Source: Diplonema japonicum
Lineage: Eukaryota > Protista > Euglenozoa: Diplonemea
Reading direction: 5' to 3'
NCBI GenBank assembly: GCA_964019335.1
Contig: OZ025659.1
Location: forward strand, 1-64,000
DNA length: 64,000 nucleotides
The first letter of the stretch is position 1. Each line of letters opens with the position of its first letter. Position numbers and translations under genes: made by a program. Below the pieces are notes generated by a model, which worked only from the letters and a program-made list of their open reading frames with translations, was not told the DNA's origin and made no database searches. Positions 10,122 through 20,517 of the stretch are shown here, piece after piece.

Positions 10122-13100
10122 CTCAAAGTACAGGACAAGCCCCCCGCTAGAGGGCCGCCCTATGGGAGGGGGGGGTCTATCTGTTAATACTCCCCTTCTG
10201 GGGCATTGCTTTCATTCCGATTGAGGCCGTGAGCGTCTTGCGGAGTCGTGTGATGCGGTCCCGCTTGTAGTCGGCTTTCAATTCCATTAGCTTGTCGTGC
10301 GTGGAGCGGGTGGCGAAAATAGGCCTCCTGGAGAAACCAATAGCTGCCTTTCCTCCAATGGCGATGAGGGACTTCACTCTTTTTCTCTCGTCCGCTGGGA
10401 AGGGGCGTCGCTTCTTCCGTGCCCTGCATGCTGTGTTTATCTTTACGATGAGAGCTTTGATTCTGCGCGCCCTATCTTCCAGCAGGCCTCCCAAAGACTT
10501 TCCGGTCGTCCATTCGAAGTCAATGGCCAGTTCCACCGCCGACACCTCCGAGGTGGTGTCCTTCTCCACCCAGCGCAGTTGTGACAACCATTGTAGCAGC
10601 GGGTTCAGGTACTGGGACAGGACCCCGCTCACTCCTTCGAGCTCGCCAGCTATCGGAACGGGGCATTTCTTACCTACCACATTTCGAATCCACGGTAGCG
10701 GCTGTGTGTTGACATCCTCCTTCTGCATGAGCTCTACGTCTCGTTTCTCAACCACCACGGCTAAGTATCGTTGCAGCTTCTCTAGGTACGCAAAGTCATG
10801 TCCTCTCGGCAGAATCGCGTGCAATTCCAGACATAGGGGCCATCCTGTCCTGTTGCGCAGTGGTTCCAAGCCGTCCTGTGCTAGCTCTTCCTGTGCGCAG
10901 GCGCACTCGTAGAGTTGGTGGCGGAGTAGGGTTACCGTGATTCACACAGGTCGCACCTGAACCCTTGTGTGCGTGATACTGTCGTTGTTGGGACTTGGCT
11001 TATGCTCTCTTCGACTTCTTCGGTGCCGTCACCTTCTGGTGCCAGGGGGACGCTTCTTTGATTCGTTCCTGCATGCGGGCTAAGGTAGGGGACCCCTCCG
11101 GTGATAACCCGTCTCAGGCAGTAGGACATGAGCGGGTCTTTGGCTGTTTTCCATAGTTGGTTGGTTTTGGGATCCGCTCCCGCCTCCATCCCTCTCACTG
11201 TGTTCCTCTCGTTCGCCAGCGACCTGCTCCGGGCTTTCCTCACCGCGTCCCTAAAGACGTGTCCGCGTTCGGCCCAGGGTTTGTTCCCACAGTCTAGCAA
11301 TTGCGCCCAGCTCCATCCTATATAGGGGAGCCACCGACAGACCAGGTTGCCTACTGGTCCCATCGGGGTGGACCCCGTGCCGTACCCCGCAGCGATCCGC
11401 ATGCATCTCTGTCGTAGTCGTTCGTCGTCGAGCGCTCCGGACACCACCTTCAGGGAGTGGTATATCACATAGGAGAGGGGATCGTTAGTGTGCCCCTTCA
11501 AGAGGACTGTGTTCACTGCGGTAGGAGAGCGTCCACGGTGGTGAGGGCCCCATAGGTTGCATGTTACCCTTGTCGACAATTTCTTGAGCGTCTCGTCACA
11601 TGGGGGGGAGAACGGTCCGCTGTAGAGGCATGACGGAAGAATCGTCGTGCTGACCATGTGTGCTTTCGTCTCGAAGGCTAACCTCGTGCAACCCAGCCGG
11701 TCTAGCGAGTCAAGCGCATTCGCGGTCGGTTTGTTCCATTTCGTCCCTGTCCTGCGCGTGTTGATTTTCACGCCAAGCCCTTTGAGGTCCGACACCGTCT
11801 TGTATGGTACAGGTACTTCCGAGCCTTTCTTCATCGCCGTTCGGTCTCCCACGACTCTCGACTTGAACCCTTCCGCGGTGCCAAAGCCCACCGTCTTTTC
11901 CTCGTTGACCTGCATCCCCGTCAGGTCGCAAAACTCTAGAGTCCCTTCGACCGCTGCCTGCAGTGAGTCCCGCAGCTTCGCTAACAGATAGGCGTCGTCG
12001 GCATATGCTAGCACCTCGGCGTCCGGCGCTACCTGCTCGACGGCCCGTATCATGATGGACAGCAAGGCGTTGATGATGATGACCGACAGCGGGCACCCCT
12101 GGAGGATACCGTTTGTGGCCTCAAACGTGTCACCAACTCCTATGGGGTACTTGAACCTCCTCGTGATCTGGGAGTACATCCCTTGGAGTGCTCTTCCTAT
12201 AGATTCGTCCATTCCCAGGGCGCTCATGAGGTCAAGGGACAGCTGTTGTGGCACCAGGTCGAAGCACTTTCTAAAATCCAGGGCCGGTCCCTCCAGCGGC
12301 TCCCCATCCACCAAAGCCAGCTCCAGCTTGGTACACAGTTCCATGAGGGCTGTCGTCGTACTGTGCTTGGGCCTAAACCCGTGCTGTCTCGGCGTGATCC
12401 AACGTTCCTGCCAGTCAAGGACACCCTTCAGCCTCGTACACGCCCACAAGCGGTAGATGGTGCTGGTCACCGTGATGGGTCGGTGGTTCAGAGGAGCTGA
12501 CCCTTCACCCTTTGGAATCAGTGACACCAGGGCTGTCGTGATCTGTCTCGGCCACTGGCCTGTCTCCTCAATCAGGTTGAAGAGGTCTGCGAAAGCTCTC
12601 AGGATGCTCACCGGAAGACGTTTCAGCTCACTCATCCGCCAACCGTCCACGCCACAGGCCCCTTTGTCCGGCTTCTTCTTGATCACTTCCCTCAGCTGTG
12701 ATCGAAGTACGCGACATTAGGGTTTTCTTGATCATGTTCCCGTAGCGCTGTGCAAATCGTTCGTACTGTGGCTCGTCCTCTGGTGCCCGTGCAGAAAAGA
12801 TGCCCGACCAAGCATCCCGCATCACCTCGTCCATCTTCCGTAGGTTTGCGGTCACTCCACCATCTGCCGTCTCAACCACATCTGTCCTTTGGTTTGGGTG
12901 GTCTTTGATCCAGGCTGTGATGTGTCTGCGCTCCTTCCCAAAATCAGAGCGTATTGAACGTTCGTATGCTTTCGCCTGCATGTTCTTGCGGCATAGGAGC
13001 AGCTCCGACAACATTCCCTGGGAGTAGTCCTCAGCTATTTCAAGCTCCCCCCTGATGCTATCAATACTCCCTGTCGCGTCGATCTTGCAGAACTCGACCT

Positions 13101-13850
13101 TCAGCTCTTCCCCTAGCGTCGTTATGTTTCTGAGCGCGTTCCGTATCTCCACCGGGAGCGGCCCGCAGTGTCCACCCTCATAGAGTTTCAACATTTGCTG
13201 TTTTGCACTTCGAATTTTGAGCTTCAACTTCTCAAGCCGCTGTTGTCGATTTGTTGCCGCCCCGACTGCCGACTCCGTTGACCTCGCACTCAGCTCTGAC
13301 CTCGTAGGCTCCCGTACCTTGCCCCTCCCGGTGTATACGTTGCGTACCGGTCCCATGTACCCATGTAGTAGGTATTGTTCCGCAAGGATGATATCTCTGA
13401 GAAAGCTTCGGTTGGCCTCTGTGCTGCAATGAACTCACGGTACCTCGACTTCTGCATCAGTGTCTCCGCTATTCCGACTGGCGCCTTCTTGGTCTTTGGT
13501 ATCTCCTGCGGGACGGTGTATCTTAGGACTTCTTGTCGAAAGGCTGAGATGTTGAGTGTTACCGACAGGCATCGGTGGTCCGACCCGGAGATAGCCTCGC
13601 TTACTCCGCAATGCTCGAGCCCCTGGGCCGCGATGTTGTTCAACAGTACCCTATCAACCCGCGTATTGCAATTGGTTCTGACAAGTGTGCTCTCTACCTG
13701 TACTCCATCCCTCCGAGCACAGAATGCAGCGGCGTCTATCCAGTCCGTCTGTAAAGCCCTCCTTAGTGTGGCGGATCGGGTTTCGTCCGTGTTGAAGTCC
13801 CCCCTACTGCCACCGGCACGTCTCCCAGCTCGAACTTGAGTCGGTGTAGT
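10122..13850 (-). mobile_element. 5'-truncated, frameshifted LINE (APE endonuclease + RT + CCHC), probably inactive
   Basis: APE C-terminal motifs GDFN, RVDRVL, SDH (~13800-13570); RT motifs HRPITV, QHGFRP, LDFRKCFDLV, GILQGCPLS, YADD. Frameshifts near 13390, 12700 and 10930. GC hairpin in the 3' UTR (10140-10175). Candidate TSD AGAAAAAA at 10114-10121 and 13851-13858 (low complexity). Confidence 0.88.
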
Positions 13851-14143
13851 AGAAAAAAAGAAAAAAAGGGAGCCCCTAATAACAAATTGATGTCAAGAAG
13901 GATCACATCACCTTTTTTTTTTCCACTTATACGGTGTGCATAATTGGTTGTTATAAAAGGAGGAAAAAAAAGGAAAAGAGAAACTAGCTGTCCGTGCCGT
14001 GGGCTTTTGTTGAGGCAGATCAAAGACTAGTTCTAAAAGAAAAGAAAAACACTAAAAGCACGCTGACTGACAAATGAAAGCGGTGCATGAGGACTTTCAA
14101 TAGTACACTCAATTTTTAAAAAAAGGTTTCGGAAGTCACTGAA

Positions 14144-15235
14144 CTAACAACCGAACAAGAGTTTTGCTTTGTTCCACTTCGAGACGCGGTCGGCGAGCCC
14201 ATTGGTCCCCCCGTTGATTCTCTTGGTGAGGGTCACGAACGAAGCATAGGTCCCTGTCTCTGCGTGTGTGTTCAACGAACGGCTCACCCAGTAGTCAACA
14301 GTCGTTTTGAAGCCTACAGAAGGCATGATCACCAGATCGGGTTTTCCAGTGAGGTCCAACGACAGCCTGTCCCCAGCACTCTTGTAGTTCGCCCTTCCCG
14401 TGAGCTGGATGGGCCCCCTCCCCTTGAACCGCACACCGTCGCCAGTCTGGGTGTTCCCAAGGTCCTTGCGGCCTTCATACGCAGCTCCCGAAGCAAGTTC
14501 CTCAAAGTACAGCAGCCCAGCAGACTCGTGGCTGACCTGTGCCACGAAGGCTGCTTGTCTGAAGCACTTCTTGTTCCCCGTGGACCCTGCCAAGACCGTC
14601 CCCAAGGCGGAGTTGAAGTACGGGAGAAGCGCCGCACCCCTCACAGAACCGACACTCGTGAACAATTGAAGGAACTGTTCCAGCGACAAGATGGACGGGG
14701 TGCCGGACAGCGGGCTCTCGGGAACGCAGCACTGCACAGATGAGCTGCCTTTGCAGACACCCCTGAAGCTCCCACCAGTGCACTTCTTGTAGTCCATACA
14801 CGATCCTGCAAACTTGTTGATGGGAGTGGCGCACGACGGGCCTGATGCCTTTGTGCAGCACTTGATGTTTGCTGCCCCAGGGCAGAGACCAGAAGTAGTG
14901 GTTTCGGTACACTTGCTCTCCGGGGCACACTTGCCATCAACACCGCTGGCGGTACAGCTCCCGTGCTCGTTCGTGCAACACTTGATGCCGGAAGGTCCAG
15001 GGCAGAGACCGCTTGTGGTGGTGCCGCTGCACGCAGAGGTCTCCAGGCAATTACCCCTCAGAAGATTGGACACACAGCTCCCATAAGTGCAGCACTTGAT
15101 GTTTGCTGCCCCAGGGCAGAGGCCGCTTGTGGTGGTGCCACCGCATCTCGATGTGTCCATGCAGGTACCGGTGACACCCGACACTGTGCATGTGTCCACG
15201 GACAGGGCTAACGCTCCTAACGTTACGAGTAACAT
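14144..15235 (-). CDS. Secreted GH19 (bacterial/phage-type lysozyme/chitinase) with 4 N-terminal Cys-rich modules, copy 1
   Basis: Signal peptide MLLVTLGALALS; repeats C..G.C...C..TTSGLCPG...IKCC; GH19 motifs AQVSHES, EELASG..YEGR.DLGN, FKGRGPIQLTGRANY, TKRINGG.NGL.DR. Confidence 0.92.
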   Translation of the reverse strand: MLLVTLGALALSVDTCTVSGVTGTCMDTSRCGGTTTSGLCPGAANIKCCTYGSCVSNLLRGNCLETSACSGTTTSGLCPGPSGIKCCTNEHGSCTASGVDGKCAPESKCTETTTSGLCPGAANIKCCTKASGPSCATPINKFAGSCMDYKKCTGGSFRGVCKGSSSVQCCVPESPLSGTPSILSLEQFLQLFTSVGSVRGAALLPYFNSALGTVLAGSTGNKKCFRQAAFVAQVSHESAGLLYFEELASGAAYEGRKDLGNTQTGDGVRFKGRGPIQLTGRANYKSAGDRLSLDLTGKPDLVIMPSVGFKTTVDYWVSRSLNTHAETGTYASFVTLTKRINGGTNGLADRVSKWNKAKLLFGC

Positions 15236-15925
15236 GTTTGAACAGTCGTTCTCCTGAAGTGAAGGTTGGTAATGAGAATAGTAAGTTAGAGGGATGAGCT
15301 TCTGGCAAAAATAAGATATCCATACATAGCTGGTTACAACGGTTTGTTTGTGCGCACGAGCGGAATTTTACCTAATAAAATAGCTCATTACGCTGCCATC
15401 AACTAGTTTTTAGTCTCGACAATAATATTGTTAAAACAAAAAAGTGTGGAATTTGGCAACTTGCAAGCAATATACTTTTCCTTTTGAACCGTTGTAACCG
15501 GTCTGTAGGAATGGGAATATGTCTTTCTTTCCTTCTTCTTCTTCCTCGTTTTTATTTTCTTTTTTTTTAGTTTATTCATTTCATGTACTACCCGTAAACC
15601 GTAGTTGGTATGGCCGTAAAGATTTTTTTTTTTTTCCCCTATTTACCGTGAAACAGTAAAAATAGAGAATGTGACTGTAAACCAAGAAAATCGAATCACC
15701 GGGAAAACAATTCCCCCTCGAAAAAAGATTTCACCCTGAAAAATATATCAGTTTTTTCTTTCTTTGATACACTATTTTCGAGTGAAATATTAACAGATTG
15801 AAATTGCGAAGGGGCTTCCGTACATTGGCAATGCTCTCTGCGACCTTGGGTGAAAGTTTGAAATTCTAATCGGTTTTTTATCGGTGAAAAACATTTTCTT
15901 GGTTTACAGAGTAAATTCTAGAGGC

Positions 15926-15959
<34 letters not shown>

Positions 15960-16092
15960 GAATAAGAAGAAGAATAAGAGAAACCAAAGAAAAGCCACAC
16001 ATAAACAACATAAAAAAAAGATAGCAGGGAGGAACACCGCAACTCCATAACACTTAAAAAGAACAGCAACACAGCGTACACATTGCGGCACT

Positions 16093-16242
16093 ATATTTAT
16101 CCTCTTACACAGCATCTAGGGTTAACTGTCGCCTTCACTAAAGAAGGTATGACCACGGGCCTACGGGCCTGTCAGGTAATGAGCACCCTAGATACCGTGT
16201 TCGTGACAAGCACGCGTTATATGCGCCTAACTAAAAAGAGGG
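16093..16242. other. Structured intergenic element E1 (multi-stem; candidate ncRNA or element end)
   Basis: CCTCTT/AAGAGG closing stem; ATCTAGGGT (16114-16122)/ACCCTAGAT (16185-16193); inner hairpins CCTTC/GAAGG and GGCC-TACG-GGCC. Confidence 0.45.
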
Positions 16243-16430
16243 CAGAAAGAAGGTCGGTTGCTTGCTGTTTGAATAACAATTCATTGTCAACAGTGTTTTT
16301 TTTTTTTTTTTTTTTTTTATTTGTCAAGCAGAAGAAAGAGGGAGAAAGAAATAGTGTGATCGGAAACATGAATCACAGCCTTGGACTGCCAGAAAGCGAA
16401 GGATAAAGTATGAAACCACCTTCCGATAAG

Positions 16431-17702
16431 TTAACAACCGAACAAGAGTTTTGCTTTGTTCCACTTCGAGACGCGGTCGGCGAGCCCATTGGTCCCCCCG
16501 TTGATTCTCTTGGTGAGGGTCACGAACGAAGCATAGGTCCCTGTCTCTGCGTGTGTGTTCAACGAACGGCTCACCCAGTAGTCAACAGTCGTTTTGAAGC
16601 CTACAGAAGGCATGATCACCAGATCGGGTTTTCCAGTGAGGTCCAACGACAGCCTGTCCCCAGCACTCTTGTAGTTCGCCCTTCCCGTGAGCTGGATGGG
16701 CCCCCTCCCCTTGAACCGCACACCGTCGCCAGTCTGGGTGTTCCCAAGGTCCTTGCGGCCTTCATACGCAGCTCCCGAAGCAAGTTCCTCAAAGTACAGC
16801 AGCCCAGCAGACTCGTGGCTGACCTGTGCCACGAAGGCTGCTTGTCTGAAGCACTTCTTGTTCCCCGTGGACCCTGCCAAGACCGTCCCCAAGGCGGAGT
16901 TGAAGTACGGGAGAAGCGCCGCACCCCTCACAGAACCGACACTCGTGAACAATTGAAGGAACTGTTCCAGCGACAAGATGGACGGGGTGCCGGACAGCGG
17001 GCTCTCGGGAACGCAGCACTGCACAGATGAGCTGCCTTTGCAGACACCCCTGAAGCTCCCACCAGTGCACTTCTTGTAGTCCATACACGATCCTGCAAAC
17101 TTGTTGATGGGAGTGGCGCACGACGGAAGGTTTGTGTTCGTCATCGGGAGACAGCACTTGATGTTTGCTGCGCCAGGACACAACCCTGACCGCGTTTGCC
17201 CTGTACACATTGACTCATCTTTGCACTCACCGCTAGCGCCATTGTATGAGCACGGCGTGGGTGCAGAAGCAGGTACTAGTGTGGGGACAGGCGTCGGAGC
17301 AGGCGTGGGTGGTACCGTCGTGCAGCACTTGATGTTTGCTGCCCCAGGGCAGAGACCAGAAGTAGTGGTTTCGGTACACTTGCTCTCCGGGGCACACTTG
17401 CCATCAACACCGCTGGCGGTACAGCTCCCGTGCTCGTTCGTGCAACACTTGATGCCGGAAGGTCCAGGGCAGAGACCGCTTGTGGTGGTGCCGCTGCACG
17501 CAGAGGTCTCCAGGCAATTACCCCTCAGAAGATTGGACACACAGCTCCCATAAGTGCAGCACTTGATGTTTGCTGCCCCAGGGCAGAGGCCGCTTGTGGT
17601 GGTGCCACCGCATCTCGATGTGTCCATGCAGGTACCGGTGACACCCGACACTGTGCATGTGTCCACGGACAGGGCTAACGCTCCTAACGTTACGAGTAAC
17701 AT
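16431..17702 (-). CDS. Secreted GH19 lysozyme/chitinase with 5 Cys-rich modules and a Pro/Thr linker, copy 2
   Basis: Essentially identical to copy 1 except a 60-aa insertion (PT linker plus an extra module). Confidence 0.92.
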   Translation of the reverse strand: MLLVTLGALALSVDTCTVSGVTGTCMDTSRCGGTTTSGLCPGAANIKCCTYGSCVSNLLRGNCLETSACSGTTTSGLCPGPSGIKCCTNEHGSCTASGVDGKCAPESKCTETTTSGLCPGAANIKCCTTVPPTPAPTPVPTLVPASAPTPCSYNGASGECKDESMCTGQTRSGLCPGAANIKCCLPMTNTNLPSCATPINKFAGSCMDYKKCTGGSFRGVCKGSSSVQCCVPESPLSGTPSILSLEQFLQLFTSVGSVRGAALLPYFNSALGTVLAGSTGNKKCFRQAAFVAQVSHESAGLLYFEELASGAAYEGRKDLGNTQTGDGVRFKGRGPIQLTGRANYKSAGDRLSLDLTGKPDLVIMPSVGFKTTVDYWVSRSLNTHAETGTYASFVTLTKRINGGTNGLADRVSKWNKAKLLFGC

Positions 17703-18033
17703 GTTTGAAAATCTTTAATTAGATAAGGATATAGAAAAAAGAAATAAAAAACTTGAATAAAGATTTAACTTACTTCAAAAAGGGGAAAGAAAGGGGAAAG
17801 GTTAATAGGGAAGGGTTATTACAGTAACAATTAAAAAACTTGAGAAAGAAGAGAAAAAAAAGAGCACTATGTGCCTCCATGGAGGAAAGGGTTAAAGAAG
17901 AAGGAAGAAAAAAAGAAGAAAAAGAAAAATGGCCCGTCTTAGATAAAAGATGGTACAACGGAAACCTCCCAGAGCAAAAAAATACCCGATTGAAAAAATG
18001 TATCAAAAAAATTGAAAACTTGAACTTTCTTTT

Positions 18034-20410
18034 TTATTGTGTCGGGTATCTGGGGGTCACTATTTGACGCAAAGGGGACTTGTGGGTACGGTTGGGGGAC
18101 ATACTACGTGGCTCAAGAGGCTGCGTGCCAATATCAGGAGCAGGGGACACAACGTGAGACAGCACACGGACAGAGGTGTAAGCCTCGCCGAGCGGGTGGT
18201 GTTGGGGTGAAGCGCGTTCTTCGCGCAGTTTATAAGCAGTCTCTTCAAAGAGTATTTGCTGGTCAGGAGAGAGATTGTTGTAATGTTTGATGAGGTTTTC
18301 CCTCAGCTCCAATACATCATCTGGTTTGTCAGTATTCACACTATTTATGACATTCAGCAAGTCCTGCTTCATCACTTCTGGACTGTGCTGCTTCATTACT
18401 TCTGGACTGTGCTGCTTCATTACTTCTGGACTGTGCTGCTCGGCAACTTCCTTACGTGCGACAGGCTGTGAATAATGCCTCCAAGGAGCAACCTCAGCAG
18501 CCTTTAACAGCAATTTCTGCGATTTCGCGTTGACTTTAGCTTTCTTCACAAACTCATCTTGCAGCTCTTGCGGTGCAGGACCTTGTCCGCCACGGGCTGC
18601 ACATGCAGCTGCTGCTGCTTGGGCAAGCAGTTCCCGGAACTCATGATCACTCGCCAACTCTGTAATGTACGCACTGTCATATCGCACTGGGAGGGGAACA
18701 GCAGGGGCAGCAGGGGCGGCTGGTGGGGGTATGGGGTTTTGAACCTTTGCAGGAGAAGCCTGCTGCGTCGAGGGTGACACGCGGGAAGAAGGTTTGTTTA
18801 AAAGGGACGAATTCCTTTCACTCATGGAACCCATCTTGGGACGCTGTCTTGTGAGCATCTTTAGTACAGCCTCTTCTGCATCCATCGACTGGCACGACTT
18901 GAACTGGTGAGGCTGCGACACCTGAGAGAGAGGCTGCTGCATCTCGTTTGCATGTTGTACCTCTTGCTGGTGATGGTGCTGGTGCTGGTGCTGGTGTTGA
19001 TGCTGGTGATGGTGATGGTGATGGTGATGGTGATGGTGATGGTGTTGATGCTGCTGCTGCTGCTGCTGCTGGTATGGCTGGTGCTGGTGTGGCTGTAAAG
19101 GCTGTGGAGCCCTCATCTCAATAACGGGTTTTGTCTTGTTGTTACCAAAGGAGCTCTGCTGTGTCATCCGCAGAGTATTGTTTGGGGTGGGGGTCGACGA
19201 CACCTTCCCGGCCCCGCCCCCAGTACTTTCCATGTTTTGCGTGCCACTGTTCATGTTCAAGGTTTTCTCCCAGGCAGCCAACTCGGCGTACTCATGCTCA
19301 TCAGCGACGGAAGGTGGACCGCTGGGCGGGTCATTTGTCTTTGCCGATGCCAGCAAGTCACGGTACATTGGGAACAGCGCCGGTGTAATGAGACGAGGGG
19401 GGAGTCCCTGCTTCTCTCTGTAACCTTGCGCCATCTTAAGGGTGGTCCGCAACAGCTCGTCGGACTCAATACCGGCCTTGTGCTTCTCAGTCTGTACGAA
19501 TGCAGCATCGGCCTCGCCATCAAACTTCATGACAAGGCTTCGCCCATACTCTTTCTCCTGGTAGTCGATGCCCGATAGCTTGTCGAGGGTGATCTGCCGC
19601 AGTTGCTGCCCGGTGTGGGGGTGTGCCACCACCATGTGGTCAGGCTCGATGATGACAACCCTTTTTTTCCGCTTTTTCTGCACGTTGCAGTGGCTATCAA
19701 TCATCCGCATGTATTGCACGTTGCGAGTCTTCTGAAGCTTGCTGAGCACACTTCTAGGGACCTCTTGCTGAAGGGTCATTTCGATCTCCGCTTTCGACGC
19801 CAAGAGCTTCTCAGGGCCTTGAGAACTGCGACGCTTTCTTGGCGTGCTTTTCCTACGTTTTAGCTTCTTCGGCGTATCGGCGGGTGGGGGTGTCGGTGCC
19901 TTTGGGGATTCGGGTGCGCAGACAGATGCGGAAGCGATACTTTCGACGGTTTCAACGTGAGGAATGTGGGGAGTGCCGGGTTCGGGCGCAGCTTCTGAGG
20001 CTTCGTGAGGTTGAGAGGCGTTCGCAGCACTGGTGTTGCTAGGGGGGGCATCCTTTTCCGAAGCCGCACGCTCAGAGTGACCGGACTGCGATGGCGGGTG
20101 GAATGCTAGCATCAATTGCAGCCTTGCCTGCCATGACAAGGGCAGCCATTTTTCACGCCCAATTGTCTCTGCCAGTGTTTTCATCTTCTCGGGTTCCGCC
20201 AGCACTTCCTGCCGGGCCATACTCTCCTGCTGCTGATCCAAAACAGAGACGTCAACACGCAAGCTGGGCGGCCTCGACTGTTCTTCGTTCTGAAAAAGAC
20301 GTTTAAACTACCTGTACCCGTCATACCTCGATATCTACATCTTCGTTGAGCTTTTCTTCTTTCTTCTTAGCAAGACCCGGCAAGGGATGCCTTGTGACTT
20401 GTCCTAACAT
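18034..20410 (-). CDS. Hypothetical protein with PH-like (myosin TH1-like) domain, poly-Q/H tract and 3x QHSPEVMK; probable intron 20290-20326
   Basis: The 742-aa ORF extends to ATG 20410 through a 37-nt GTATGA...TTTCAG intron that restores the frame; the PH-like call is inference. Confidence 0.7.
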
Positions 20411-20517
20411 CTGTTCCTGTGTGTATGTAAGAGTGAAGGGTTTAACCAAAGATATCAAACAACGTCTATCGGTCAGACACTACAACTACGAAACAAGGCA
20501 TATCAGGACGCAATCCT

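Noticed and set aside
10125-10133. SL-like CTGTACTTT at the LINE 3' end, suggesting SL targeting
   Set aside because: Only a 9-nt match with no further SL sequence; chance is plausible.
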